The position numbers were made by a program, and so were the translations under genes. From assembly GCA_021162615.1 (NCBI GenBank), contig JAGGYH010000025.1:26364-90363 (forward strand): a DNA stretch of 64,000 nucleotides. Reading direction: 5' to 3'. This document shows positions 38,426 through 47,652 of this stretch, one piece after another (position 1 is the first letter of the stretch; each line of letters begins with the position of its first letter). The notes beneath the pieces are model-generated. The model was not told where the DNA came from, searched no databases, and saw only the letters and a program-made list of their open reading frames with translations. Source of the DNA: Candidatus Aminicenantes bacterium. Its GTDB lineage: Bacteria > Acidobacteriota > Aminicenantia > Aminicenantales > Aminicenantaceae.

Positions 38426-38935
38426 ATGAATAACAAAAAAGAACAAGAAGAAAAATATGTGGCGGAAAGAGCTCCTAAGTCCCCTGCCTTGGCAGGTATC
38501 CTGACCTTCTTTTTTCCCATCGGAACCGGAGCCCTTTATAATGGGCAGATAAAGAAGGCTATATTCTTTTTTCTTGCCTTTTCCGGACTTGTCACTCTTC
38601 AAACCTCAGGAAGAGGACAGCCCTTTTTAGCACTCTGCCTGGCAGGATTTTGTATTTATCAAATTTATGATGCTGTGCATACAGCCAAACTCATCAATCT
38701 CGGTTACCTGGGAGAAGACATTGAAAAACAAGCCCGTTCTGTTGACGAAATTCCGGAGCCGGTGAGATCTGGTTCCATTTTCTGGGGTCTCGTTCTCATA
38801 GTACTGGGTGGTGTCCTTTTATTGGCAAACTATCAAATCATTGATTATGATACCCTCTTTGACTTCTGGCCGCTCATCATTATTGTCATCGGGTTTAAGT
38901 TTATAATGGATTACGTATCCCGAGAGAAAAAATAA
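38426..38935 (+). CDS. Membrane protein with C-terminal LiaF-N/DUF5668-like TM hairpin
   Basis: Four hydrophobic segments. The C-terminal WGLVLIVLGGVLLLANY...WPLIIIVIGFKFI resembles the following small ORF. Confidence 0.55.
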   Translation: MNNKKEQEEKYVAERAPKSPALAGILTFFFPIGTGALYNGQIKKAIFFFLAFSGLVTLQTSGRGQPFLALCLAGFCIYQIYDAVHTAKLINLGYLGEDIEKQARSVDEIPEPVRSGSIFWGLVLIVLGGVLLLANYQIIDYDTLFDFWPLIIIVIGFKFIMDYVSREKK

Positions 38936-38952
38936 CCTTATAGGAGATAAAA

Positions 38953-39153
38953 ATGGCAAAAAAACATAAAAATGACTCTTTGGCATGGGGAATCATACTT
39001 ATCCTCATAGGCGCTATATTCCTTCTGGATAACATCAATATTGATGTATGGGATGCTTTTGCAAGGCTTTGGCCTCTTGTGATTATTGCCTGGGGAGTCT
39101 GGAAACTCTACTTTGGGATAAAAGAGCGCAGCCAAGATAATACCGGAACGTAA
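38953..39153 (+). CDS. Small membrane protein, LiaF-N/DUF5668-like TM hairpin
   Basis: WGIILILIGAIFLLDN...LWPLVIIAWGVWKL. Tightly packed between neighbouring genes. Confidence 0.55.
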   Translation: MAKKHKNDSLAWGIILILIGAIFLLDNINIDVWDAFARLWPLVIIAWGVWKLYFGIKERSQDNTGT

Positions 39154-39154
39154 A

Positions 39155-40462
39155 ATGAAATTCAAAGAGATTTTACTTTTACTGGTCATCATTTTCGCAG
39201 GAATCATTTTCTACCATGCACAGACCGGGCAACTGGACCTGTATATTGATTTGGGAGATGAGTTCTTCTCTGATTATAATGCCTACACCTTTGAATCAGT
39301 CCAAAAAATAAGCCCCCCTTTCCCAATGCATATGGAAGTCAAAAACCAGCAAGGCGACCTGAAAATCTACGGCACAGATGAAAATGAAATATCCATATAC
39401 ATCGAAAAAAAAGTCCGCCACAGCACGAAGGAAAGGGCCAAAGAGATAGCTGACGAACTGGAGATCCTTGTCACTCAGGAAGAGCAAAAAGTCCTGGTAT
39501 CCTCAGAAAGAGGAGAACACACAAGAAGTCATATAAGGTCTGATTTGGAGATATACATCCCAACGGATATTGATCTGTATATAAGCAACTCTTACGGCAC
39601 GGTCGAATTGGATGGAGGCAAAAACGTTAAAATAACGAATAAAAATGGGAAGGTATCTGTCTCAAATGTTCAGGAGAAACTGAGTGTTGTATCCTCTTCC
39701 AACCTCATTTCCATAGAAAATATCGGAGGAGACTGCCAAATCGAAGGACTCCGCTCCCGAATCAATGCCAAAAACATCAATGGCAGCACGACCATAAAAA
39801 ACAAATACGGAAGCATAGATTTGGAAGACCTTTCTCAAGGCGTCATAGTCAACGGCCTTCACTGCTCAATCAAAGGAAAAAATATAGAGGGGCAGATAGA
39901 AGCTGAAAACTCCTATGAAAACATAAAGCTTTCAAACATTGTTTCGGCAAAAATCAGATCGGATAATTCACCCATTGAGATTTCTGAAGCCAAAAGCAAT
40001 CTTGACATAAAAAACAAATACAGCCGTATCCTCCTTAATGATATATACGGAAATATTGATATTGAAGGGGAAAGCCTTGAAATAAAAGGGAAAAACATGT
40101 TCGGAGAGCTCATCTCCATATCAAGTTCATACAGAAACATCGAGCTTGACCACTTCTCATCCAGTGCTGTCATCTCCTTCTCTCACGGAAAAATTACTCT
40201 CTATCCCTCAAATAAAAACATAAAACCGATTACGGTAAACGGAAAGTACGCTGAAATAGACTTTATCCTCCCGCCGGGATTGGAAATACCCATGCAAGCT
40301 CAGACCAAATCCGGGAAAATAAAATGGGAACTCAGCCCCAAAGGGACCGAACAAATAAGCAACGGATATTCTATAATCAATGCTTTTTTAAAAGAAGGCG
40401 AAAAACCTACCATTTTACTCGTAACAACTTACGGGAACATACAAGTCAGAGAGGATTCTTAG
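39155..40462 (+). CDS. DUF4097-like (LiaG-type beta-solenoid 'putative adhesin') protein with N-terminal TM anchor
   Basis: Many short repeats of the type NKNGKVSVSNV / NKYGSIDLEDL / SYENIKLSNI. Confidence 0.65.
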   Translation: MKFKEILLLLVIIFAGIIFYHAQTGQLDLYIDLGDEFFSDYNAYTFESVQKISPPFPMHMEVKNQQGDLKIYGTDENEISIYIEKKVRHSTKERAKEIADELEILVTQEEQKVLVSSERGEHTRSHIRSDLEIYIPTDIDLYISNSYGTVELDGGKNVKITNKNGKVSVSNVQEKLSVVSSSNLISIENIGGDCQIEGLRSRINAKNINGSTTIKNKYGSIDLEDLSQGVIVNGLHCSIKGKNIEGQIEAENSYENIKLSNIVSAKIRSDNSPIEISEAKSNLDIKNKYSRILLNDIYGNIDIEGESLEIKGKNMFGELISISSSYRNIELDHFSSSAVISFSHGKITLYPSNKNIKPITVNGKYAEIDFILPPGLEIPMQAQTKSGKIKWELSPKGTEQISNGYSIINAFLKEGEKPTILLVTTYGNIQVREDS

Positions 40463-40466
40463 ACCT

Positions 40467-41363
40467 CTACCAATCCTTTTTTGCCAAGGTGTGTATTCTT
40501 TCAGTGAGAAAACCGTTGATTTTTATGTTGAAATAGGAAATGAGGTTGGCAAGGTCTTTTTTATATTTAGTTACATAGCGCACAAACTCAGACTCTTTGA
40601 CAAACATAACATTTTCGAATTCGGAAACCTCATCTCTCAATTCTATGAGGTAATGATTGATAGTCCTGTACTGCGAATTGATATCTACTAAGTCCTCTCC
40701 CTTGAGTTTATCGAAATCAAGGTAAGGAGGGAGTGACTGCAATATTAAAGTGCTTTCACTCTTCATTTCATTCAAATACTCATTTATTTCCTGAAAAAAG
40801 GATTTGTATTTACCAGGATTTTTTAACTTTTCTTCCGCTTTATCCAGTAAGGCTTCATTTTGTTCCTTGAGAGAGTTGAGCAGCTCCTTCACTCCGAAAT
40901 ATTTTCTTTCAAAGTTAAAAAGATCGATAAAATCACGTCCAATATAAATCTTATCTTTATAATTAGTCAGTATCTCTCTTGGAGAATGTGTATAAAATTT
41001 GATTTCGTAGCATCGGCCTCCTGAATCTTTTTCTCTTAACCTTGCGAGAAGCAAATACCTGTTCTGCTCGATGAAATAACTGTTAACATCGAGCAGAACA
41101 GAATAAACAGCAAGGTTGCGCACAATCAATTCTTTGATATATTCCAGAAGCTCCTCTTTTTTGGAAAGGAAATCATTTATTGTCTCATTGGGCGTCGGAT
41201 TTAATACGGTGAAGGAAGGAGATATAAGATAAAGAACAGGTCCCAGACCAAGTTCCAGATAAAAGTTTTGTAAGACCCTCTTATGAAGGTCATCAAGGAG
41301 AATAGAATCCAGAGAGGGAAGCTTGCCTTCTTCGATTTTTGCAAGCTCTCCGACTTCGTTCAC
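40467..41363 (-). CDS. Hypothetical protein (no motif recognised)
   Basis: 298-aa ORF packed between genes and co-directional with the upstream lipoate-ligase-like gene. Predicted soluble and helix-rich. Confidence 0.6.
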   Translation of the reverse strand: MNEVGELAKIEEGKLPSLDSILLDDLHKRVLQNFYLELGLGPVLYLISPSFTVLNPTPNETINDFLSKKEELLEYIKELIVRNLAVYSVLLDVNSYFIEQNRYLLLARLREKDSGGRCYEIKFYTHSPREILTNYKDKIYIGRDFIDLFNFERKYFGVKELLNSLKEQNEALLDKAEEKLKNPGKYKSFFQEINEYLNEMKSESTLILQSLPPYLDFDKLKGEDLVDINSQYRTINHYLIELRDEVSEFENVMFVKESEFVRYVTKYKKDLANLISYFNIKINGFLTERIHTLAKKDW

Positions 41364-41431
41364 TGAAGTTCATCCTTTCATTGATTCGAATATTATCACT
41401 AACGAAAGGGAAAATCAATGCAAGATAAAAA

Positions 41432-42235
41432 TCAATGCATCTTTTTGTCATAGATCCAGTCTGTATTTTCATGCCGGTTTTTTTGTATGCTTCGAATAAT
41501 TTCCTTTTGCTTTTTTGAAAATTCCATAGGATGCAGCTCAACATCAAAAAACTCCCGGATCCCCAAAATGAGGTTCTCTGCAAGCAAGCAAAAATCAATT
41601 TCTCTTTGTGCCGCCTGAGAAGCCGTGATTAACCGGATTTCCTCATTTTTTTTATCCAGCAAGGAGACAGATTGAAGAAGCCTGTCATCATTCTCCAGAG
41701 GGATAGAACCATGCTGTATGAATCTATGCGCGGCTCTTTTTTGGGCGCTTCCGACTATTTTCTTATCCTTTACTTTGATCTCATTTCTCGCCGGATATGA
41801 GAAACAGGGAAGGCTGCTTCTGGAATAAAAAAGGTTGTCATCGCTGGACAGATAGGCAGGAATATTTAATTTTTTCAATCCTTTAATAAGGGCTTCTGAT
41901 ATCTTTTTATATGAACTGCTCAAAGAAGAGGTAAAAACGTTCACATCTGATGAGCAAACACTGTAAGTCACTTCTTTATGGTGCAGGACCAGTTTTCCAC
42001 CGGTTATTCTCCGCACAATATCGATCCTGTTTTTTTTGCAAAATCCCAGATCCAATACTTTTCTTATATCCTGAGAGCAGCCGATAGAGACCGTAGGCCT
42101 TTTCCATGTGTAAAACCTTATATAAGTGACCGGGTCCTTCCCCAGGCTCTCGAACAAAAAATCATCGACGGCCATGTTGTACGAACCCTTCCCTGGTTTG
42201 TTCTCTTTTAGAAGGAACCACTTTTTCACAGTCAA
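41432..42235 (-). CDS. Lipoate-protein ligase / octanoyltransferase family (BPL_LplA_LipB domain)
   Basis: YNMAVDDFLFES, RRITGGKLVLHH and KIVGSAQKR...HGSI blocks. Confidence 0.75.
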   Translation of the reverse strand: MTVKKWFLLKENKPGKGSYNMAVDDFLFESLGKDPVTYIRFYTWKRPTVSIGCSQDIRKVLDLGFCKKNRIDIVRRITGGKLVLHHKEVTYSVCSSDVNVFTSSLSSSYKKISEALIKGLKKLNIPAYLSSDDNLFYSRSSLPCFSYPARNEIKVKDKKIVGSAQKRAAHRFIQHGSIPLENDDRLLQSVSLLDKKNEEIRLITASQAAQREIDFCLLAENLILGIREFFDVELHPMEFSKKQKEIIRSIQKNRHENTDWIYDKKMH

Positions 42236-42275
42236 CTTCCTCTATATTTTCTTATTGGCAGCGGTTTAAAAAAAG

Positions 42276-42348
42276 AGCGGACAACGGGATTTGAACCCGC
42301 GACCCCGAGCTTGGGAAGCTCGTGCTCTACCTGCTGAGCTATGTCCGC
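42276..42348 (-). tRNA. tRNA-Gly (anticodon CCC)
   Basis: Hand-folded 73-nt cloverleaf: acceptor GCGGACA/TGTCCGC, anticodon arm CGAGC-TTCCCAA-GCTCG, T arm GCGGG-TTCAAAT-CCCGT. Confidence 0.9.
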
Positions 42349-42441
42349 TTTTTTATAGATTATACTTTTTTACGGTAAAAAATTAAACCCGTTTTAAAAA
42401 AAAGCAAACAGGAGCACAAGCCATACCTGAATGAAATCCTA

Positions 42442-42470
42442 TTGACATACAAAAACCCCCTCATTATAAT
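42442..42470 (+). promoter_or_regulatory. Consensus sigma70 promoter upstream of the bactofilin gene
   Basis: TTGACA (42442-42447), a 17-nt spacer, then TATAAT (42465-42470). Confidence 0.6.
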
Positions 42471-42504
42471 CATCATCTGATTCCTAAAGTTCAGGAGTTA
42501 AAAC

Positions 42505-42891
42505 ATGCCAATGAATGAAAACTTAACTTCCAAAGAACCTGTGAATCCATCCAATGCCCAAAGCTCAAAGGTTGGGGCCTCTCTCATTATTGACGGAGAA
42601 GTCAGAGGCAGCGAAGATCTCATAATAAACGGTCGTTTCACGGGAAAAATCTTTCTTGAGAACAACTCAATATATATAGCCCAGGAAAGCACCGTCAAAG
42701 CTGATATCAGGGTAAAAAATATCACCATAAAAGGGAATGTGGAAGGAAGCATACATGCTTCCGGTAAAGTCTTTATAACAAAAGAAGGAAAGATGACAGG
42801 AGATATAACAGCTTACCGTATTTCAATAATGGACGGCGCCAAATTCAAAGGAAGCGTAAAAATGCTTTCTTCAATCCAGCCGTCCTTCTAA
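42505..42891 (+). CDS. Bactofilin (DUF583) cytoskeletal protein
   Basis: Repetitive beta-helix windings (IIDGEVRGSEDLIINGRFTGKI...IKGNVEGSIHASGKVFI...). AGGAG RBS. Confidence 0.8.
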   Translation: MPMNENLTSKEPVNPSNAQSSKVGASLIIDGEVRGSEDLIINGRFTGKIFLENNSIYIAQESTVKADIRVKNITIKGNVEGSIHASGKVFITKEGKMTGDITAYRISIMDGAKFKGSVKMLSSIQPSF

Positions 42892-42960
42892 ATATTCTGC
42901 CTTCTTTTTAATCCAAACCCTTCACCCTTAAAGAAAGGGCTCCAATCTTAACAGGCCTCT

Positions 42961-43716
42961 TTACCTGTCGTACCTGTAATAAGATTGCGGCGTCTTGGTC
43001 ACAATATAGTCAACTGCAGCTTGGATACACGCCCTGATAGCTTTTTCAACCGGAGTTTTGCTGAAGCCACCCAAGGCAACAGGAAGAGAGCCCACTCTGG
43101 CCGCTCCTCCCAAACCAAAACTTTTCGCGTCGCCTTCCACACTTGTGGCAGCCACTATTTGAGAAGTATTGGCATCGATAATTCGAATATCTATGGCTAC
43201 ATGACCCTTTTTCATTCCTCCGCCCAGGTTTACACCCAGAATTCTGGTAGCACCGCCGATTCCTGATTTGGTCCCTGAAAATTCTGTAACAGCGGCTGTG
43301 ATGATCAAATCAGCTCCGTAAATTTCTCCGATTTTTGCCTGAGTCCCCTGCTTTACTCTTCCGGTGGCTCCCAGGTCCTGTTCCGCCATAACCGTATCCA
43401 GCTGCTCTCTCTCAAGCACAATATAGCGGTTGGTATTGAAAAGGGCTGTAGTCAGCATATCTCTCATCCCTTCTCCGATCTGAGCCCAATGCATCCCGTA
43501 CATCCCAAACCATCCACCTTGCCAGCCGCCTTTGGCTGTCTTGTCTGTGAATTCACCGACAGCAAGACGTGCTTTGGGACCATTGTAATCTTCAGCCTGG
43601 GCCTCGTCTATGGAGGGGCCTCCTGTGGTCGTCACTCTGGTTGTCGTTGACGGTTCGCACGAACAAATCCAGAGAAGAACCATACAAATTCCAATCAATC
43701 CGATAAATCTTTTCAT
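42961..43716 (-). CDS. CsgG-family lipoprotein
   Basis: Lipobox LWICSC. LAVGEFTDKT and NRYIVLEREQLDTVMAEQDL blocks. Confidence 0.7.
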   Translation of the reverse strand: MKRFIGLIGICMVLLWICSCEPSTTTRVTTTGGPSIDEAQAEDYNGPKARLAVGEFTDKTAKGGWQGGWFGMYGMHWAQIGEGMRDMLTTALFNTNRYIVLEREQLDTVMAEQDLGATGRVKQGTQAKIGEIYGADLIITAAVTEFSGTKSGIGGATRILGVNLGGGMKKGHVAIDIRIIDANTSQIVAATSVEGDAKSFGLGGAARVGSLPVALGGFSKTPVEKAIRACIQAAVDYIVTKTPQSYYRYDR

Positions 43717-43816
43717 CTTTCCTCCTATTTATTTAGATTATAAAAGTGATGCTAAGATATTGTCAATAAGATTTTAGCTTTTCAGATAAACATGACCTCT
43801 TATAATATCAAGGACT

Positions 43817-43846
43817 TTAGCAACTCTCCCGGCGTTTTGCTATAAT
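43817..43846 (+). promoter_or_regulatory. Sigma70-like promoter placed for a leaderless uvrB transcript
   Basis: TTAGCA, an 18-nt spacer, then TGcTATAAT. The -10 ends 7 nt before ATG 43854, and there is no SD. Confidence 0.45.
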
Positions 43847-43853
43847 TCATACT

Positions 43854-45845
43854 ATGAAACGCTTCAATCTGAAATCAGAATACTCACCTAAGGGAGACCA
43901 GCCCAATGCTATCAACAATCTTTACCATGGATTGAGAAAAAAGGTCGATCACCAGGTTCTTATGGGAGTCACAGGATCAGGCAAGACATTTACCATAGCT
44001 AATGTGATAGAAAAAGCTGAAAAGCCGGTGCTTGTTATCTCACACAATAAAACTCTGGCCGCGCAGTTATACCAGGAATTTAAAAATTTTTTTCCTGAAA
44101 ACGCAGTGGAATATTTTGTCAGTTACTATGACTATTACCAGCCTGAAGCCTATATACCCAGCTCTAATATATATATCTCCAAAGAATCTACGGTCAATGA
44201 TGAAATCGACCGGCTTCGAATGCATGCCATAAATTCTCTTCTCCAAAGAAAAGATGTCATTGTGGTAGCTTCTGTATCCTGTATCTATGGAATCGGATCA
44301 CCCGAGACATACCATTCCATGAGTTTCCCCCTGCAGACAGGACAGAAGATCACGAGAAAAAAGTTGTTGAGAAAACTCGTTGATATCCAGTATGAAAGGA
44401 ATGAAAGTGAATTTAAACGGGGAACATTCAGGGTAAGAGGTGATATTATCGACCTTTTTCCTTCTTATGAAGACTATGCCTACAGGATCAAGGTGAATGA
44501 ACAGGGGATCAAAGAGCTTCTGCTGATCGACCCTATAAGAGGAATGACTTATGATTCGTATGAAAGGATTTTGATATACCCCAAATCTGTTTTTTCAACC
44601 CCCCAAAGCATCCTTGAATACGCTACTAAAAAAATCGAAGAAGAGCTGAAGGAACAGATCCGTTTTTTCAAAAAACAGGATAAGATTTTAGAAGCAAACA
44701 GAATAGAAGAAAGGACCCTATTTGACCTGGAGATGCTATCTGAACTGGGATGGTGCCCGGGTATCGAAAATTACTCACTCTATCTCAGCCAAAGAAATCC
44801 AGGAGAGCCTCCTTTCACTCTCCTTGATTATTTTCCCTCTGATTTTATCACCATAATTGATGAATCGCATGTAAGCATACCCCAGCTAAAAGGGATGTAT
44901 AATGGGGACAGATCCCGAAAGCAAACCCTTATCGATCATGGATTCAGGCTTCCATCCGCCCTTGACAACCGGCCGCTGAACTTTGAGGAATTCGAGTCAA
45001 AAGTCTCACAGTGTATCCATGTATCTGCCACTCCAGGCCAATATGAGTCCCAAAAAACCCGCCATGTCTATACAGAACAGATCATCCGGCCTACAGGCTT
45101 GATTGATCCTGAAGTGGAAGTCCGGCCCGTCCAAGGGCAGATAGACGACCTTATGGGCGAAATAAAAGAAAGAGCCGTAAAAAAAGAGCGGGTCCTCATC
45201 ACAACTCTGACCAAAAAAATGGCTGAAGACCTTTCAAAATACTACCATGACTTAGGGATCAAAGTCCGCTATCTCCATTCTGACATAGATACTTTGGAAC
45301 GAGTAAAGATCCTAAGGGACCTGAGAAAAGGCAAATTTGATGTTTTAGTCGGAATAAATCTTCTCAGAGAGGGCTTGGACCTTCCTGAAGTCTCGCTGGT
45401 AGCTATTCTGGACGCAGATAAAGAAGGCTTTCTGCGTTCCTCCACTTCTCTTATCCAGACTTTTGGCAGGGCAGCCAGAAATGTGTCGGGAAAGGCGATT
45501 CTCTATGCGGACAACATGACCGACTCTATGCGATATGCTGTCAATGAAACAAACAGAAGGCGCCGGATCCAAAAAATCTATAACAAAAAAAATAAAATAA
45601 CTCCCAAATCCATAAAGAAAAACATCGATGATATACTGAACAGCGTTTATGAAAAAGACTATTTCCAGTATCCGGAAATTTCAGAGGAAAAGCTCCAATA
45701 CATGTCTCCGGGTATCATTGAAAAAAAGATTAAAGAGCTGGAAAACAAAATGAACCGGGCGGCTGAAAGACTCGAATTCGAGAAAGCGGCCAGGTACCGT
45801 GATAAATTATATGAAATTCAAAAATTCCAGGTAGAAAACACGTGA
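43854..45845 (+). CDS. uvrB: Excinuclease ABC subunit B
   Basis: GVTGSGKT Walker A, helicase motifs, and the C-terminal UVR motif ([12 protein letters not shown]). Confidence 0.95.
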   Translation: MKRFNLKSEYSPKGDQPNAINNLYHGLRKKVDHQVLMGVTGSGKTFTIANVIEKAEKPVLVISHNKTLAAQLYQEFKNFFPENAVEYFVSYYDYYQPEAYIPSSNIYISKESTVNDEIDRLRMHAINSLLQRKDVIVVASVSCIYGIGSPETYHSMSFPLQTGQKITRKKLLRKLVDIQYERNESEFKRGTFRVRGDIIDLFPSYEDYAYRIKVNEQGIKELLLIDPIRGMTYDSYERILIYPKSVFSTPQSILEYATKKIEEELKEQIRFFKKQDKILEANRIEERTLFDLEMLSELGWCPGIENYSLYLSQRNPGEPPFTLLDYFPSDFITIIDESHVSIPQLKGMYNGDRSRKQTLIDHGFRLPSALDNRPLNFEEFESKVSQCIHVSATPGQYESQKTRHVYTEQIIRPTGLIDPEVEVRPVQGQIDDLMGEIKERAVKKERVLITTLTKKMAEDLSKYYHDLGIKVRYLHSDIDTLERVKILRDLRKGKFDVLVGINLLREGLDLPEVSLVAILDADKEGFLRSSTSLIQTFGRAARNVSGKAILYADNMTDSMRYAVNETNRRRRIQKIYNKKNKITPKSIKKNIDDILNSVYEKDYFQYPEISEEKLQYMSPGIIEKKIKELENKMNRAAERLEFEKAARYRDKLYEIQKFQVENT

Positions 45846-45846
45846 G

Positions 45847-47637
45847 ATGAAAGATAAAAAACAGCAAAGACTGATTAAAACAGCTCACAAGCTCCCTTCA
45901 AAACCGGGGATATATCTTTTTAAAAACCAAACCGGCAAAACAATATACATTGGAAAAGCCCGCTCTATAAAGGAACGCGTAAAATCTTATTTCTCTTCTC
46001 CATCCGACCCAAGGATCCATACTCTTTTAAATGAAACTCACAACATCGACTTTATCGTCACAGACTCTGAAAGGGAGGCTTTAATTCTTGAGAATAACTT
46101 CATAAGGCAGCACCAGCCAAAGTATAATCTCAGACTAAAAGACGATAAAAGTTATCCTTACATAAAGGTCACGGTTCAGGATAAATATCCAGCCATACTT
46201 CTCTGCCGCAGAACAGAATCTGACAATGCAAGATACTTCGGACCGTTCACTCCTTCCTCGGCCGCCCGCAAGACAATAAACCTCATAAGCAGACAATTCG
46301 GCATAAGAAGCTGCAAGGAAGATATTCCGGGAAGAAGAAAAAGACCCTGCTTGCAATATGATATAAACCAATGCTCTGCCCCGTGCATGAGGATGATTAA
46401 CGAATCTGACTACAATGACGATGTCAACAGCGCTCTGCTTTTTTTAGAAGGCAAAACCGAAAAACTCAAAAACAAATTGAAAACAAGAATGACTGAAGCT
46501 TCACAAAAGCATGATTTTGAAAAGGCCAAACGATTGAGAGACCTCGTTCTCTCCTTGGATCAAATAAGAATCAAGCCAAAGCTCATCTCTGTCAAAGCGG
46601 AAGATAAAGATATATTCGGCTTTTTTAGAAAGCAGGACACCGCAGCCCTCTATGTTTTTCTTATGCGAAAAGGAAAAGTCATTGAATCTTCAAGCTGGAC
46701 TATCAGCGCAAAAAAAACAAGTGATAAAAAAATCCTGCACAACCAGATAATGGATTTTTATTCAAACCGGAATGATACCCCTGATAAAATCCTGGTTCCC
46801 TTTGAGCCGGCTAAAAAAGACCAGCTGTTGAAGAAACTCAGCCGTACAGGAAAAGAATCCCCTGTTTTGCACGTCCCTAAAAGGGGAAACAATAAAAAAA
46901 TCGTGGACCTGGCTGTCCGAAATGCTGAAATGAACCTTCTTAGAAAAACAATCAAACCGAATCCGTTGAAAGAACTGCAGCAGCTCTTCAATCTGAAGTC
47001 GCTCCCAAGGAGCATAGAAGGAATCGATATTTCAAATACCGGAGGAAAGGAATCCGTCGGATCTGTCGTCGTATTTAAAAACGGAAAACCTTCCAAGAAA
47101 GACTACAGAAAGTTTAAAATAAAGACGGTGACAGGACCTGATGATATACACAGTATTCAGGAAATAGTCTTAAGAAGATATAAAAGATCGGCTGAATCCG
47201 AGATCCCTCTCCCTGAACTTATTCTTATAGACGGCGGGAAAGGACAGCTCCATGCCGCTCAAAAAGCCCTTAAAGACATCAACCTCCAACCTGGAGTTTC
47301 TGTTGTCTCTATCGCAAAAAAACAAGAAATCATATTCACGGATCCAATAAAAGACGGCATAAAATTGGATAGGACATCAGCCGCTTTAAAACTTCTTCAG
47401 CATATCCGTGACGAAGCTCACCGCTTTGCTATCAGTTATCACCGTAAACGGCGTAAGGATAAAAGCTTTGAATCTTTTCTGGATGGAATCCCGGGAATAG
47501 GGCCAAAGCGCAAATCAGCACTCCTCGAGAAATATGGAAATATAAAAGATATCCTTCAGGCTCCTGTGAATGAAATAGCCAACTTAATTGGGAAAAAAGC
47601 CGCACGCAATCTTAAGTCATTCCTACAGAAAAAATAA
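45847..47637 (+). CDS. uvrC: Excinuclease ABC subunit C
   Basis: GIY-YIG N-terminus (PGIYLFKN...IYIGKA), UVR motif (DFEKAKRLRD), and C-terminal HhH. Confidence 0.95.
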   Translation: MKDKKQQRLIKTAHKLPSKPGIYLFKNQTGKTIYIGKARSIKERVKSYFSSPSDPRIHTLLNETHNIDFIVTDSEREALILENNFIRQHQPKYNLRLKDDKSYPYIKVTVQDKYPAILLCRRTESDNARYFGPFTPSSAARKTINLISRQFGIRSCKEDIPGRRKRPCLQYDINQCSAPCMRMINESDYNDDVNSALLFLEGKTEKLKNKLKTRMTEASQKHDFEKAKRLRDLVLSLDQIRIKPKLISVKAEDKDIFGFFRKQDTAALYVFLMRKGKVIESSSWTISAKKTSDKKILHNQIMDFYSNRNDTPDKILVPFEPAKKDQLLKKLSRTGKESPVLHVPKRGNNKKIVDLAVRNAEMNLLRKTIKPNPLKELQQLFNLKSLPRSIEGIDISNTGGKESVGSVVVFKNGKPSKKDYRKFKIKTVTGPDDIHSIQEIVLRRYKRSAESEIPLPELILIDGGKGQLHAAQKALKDINLQPGVSVVSIAKKQEIIFTDPIKDGIKLDRTSAALKLLQHIRDEAHRFAISYHRKRRKDKSFESFLDGIPGIGPKRKSALLEKYGNIKDILQAPVNEIANLIGKKAARNLKSFLQKK

Positions 47638-47652
47638 ATCCAAGAATTCAGC

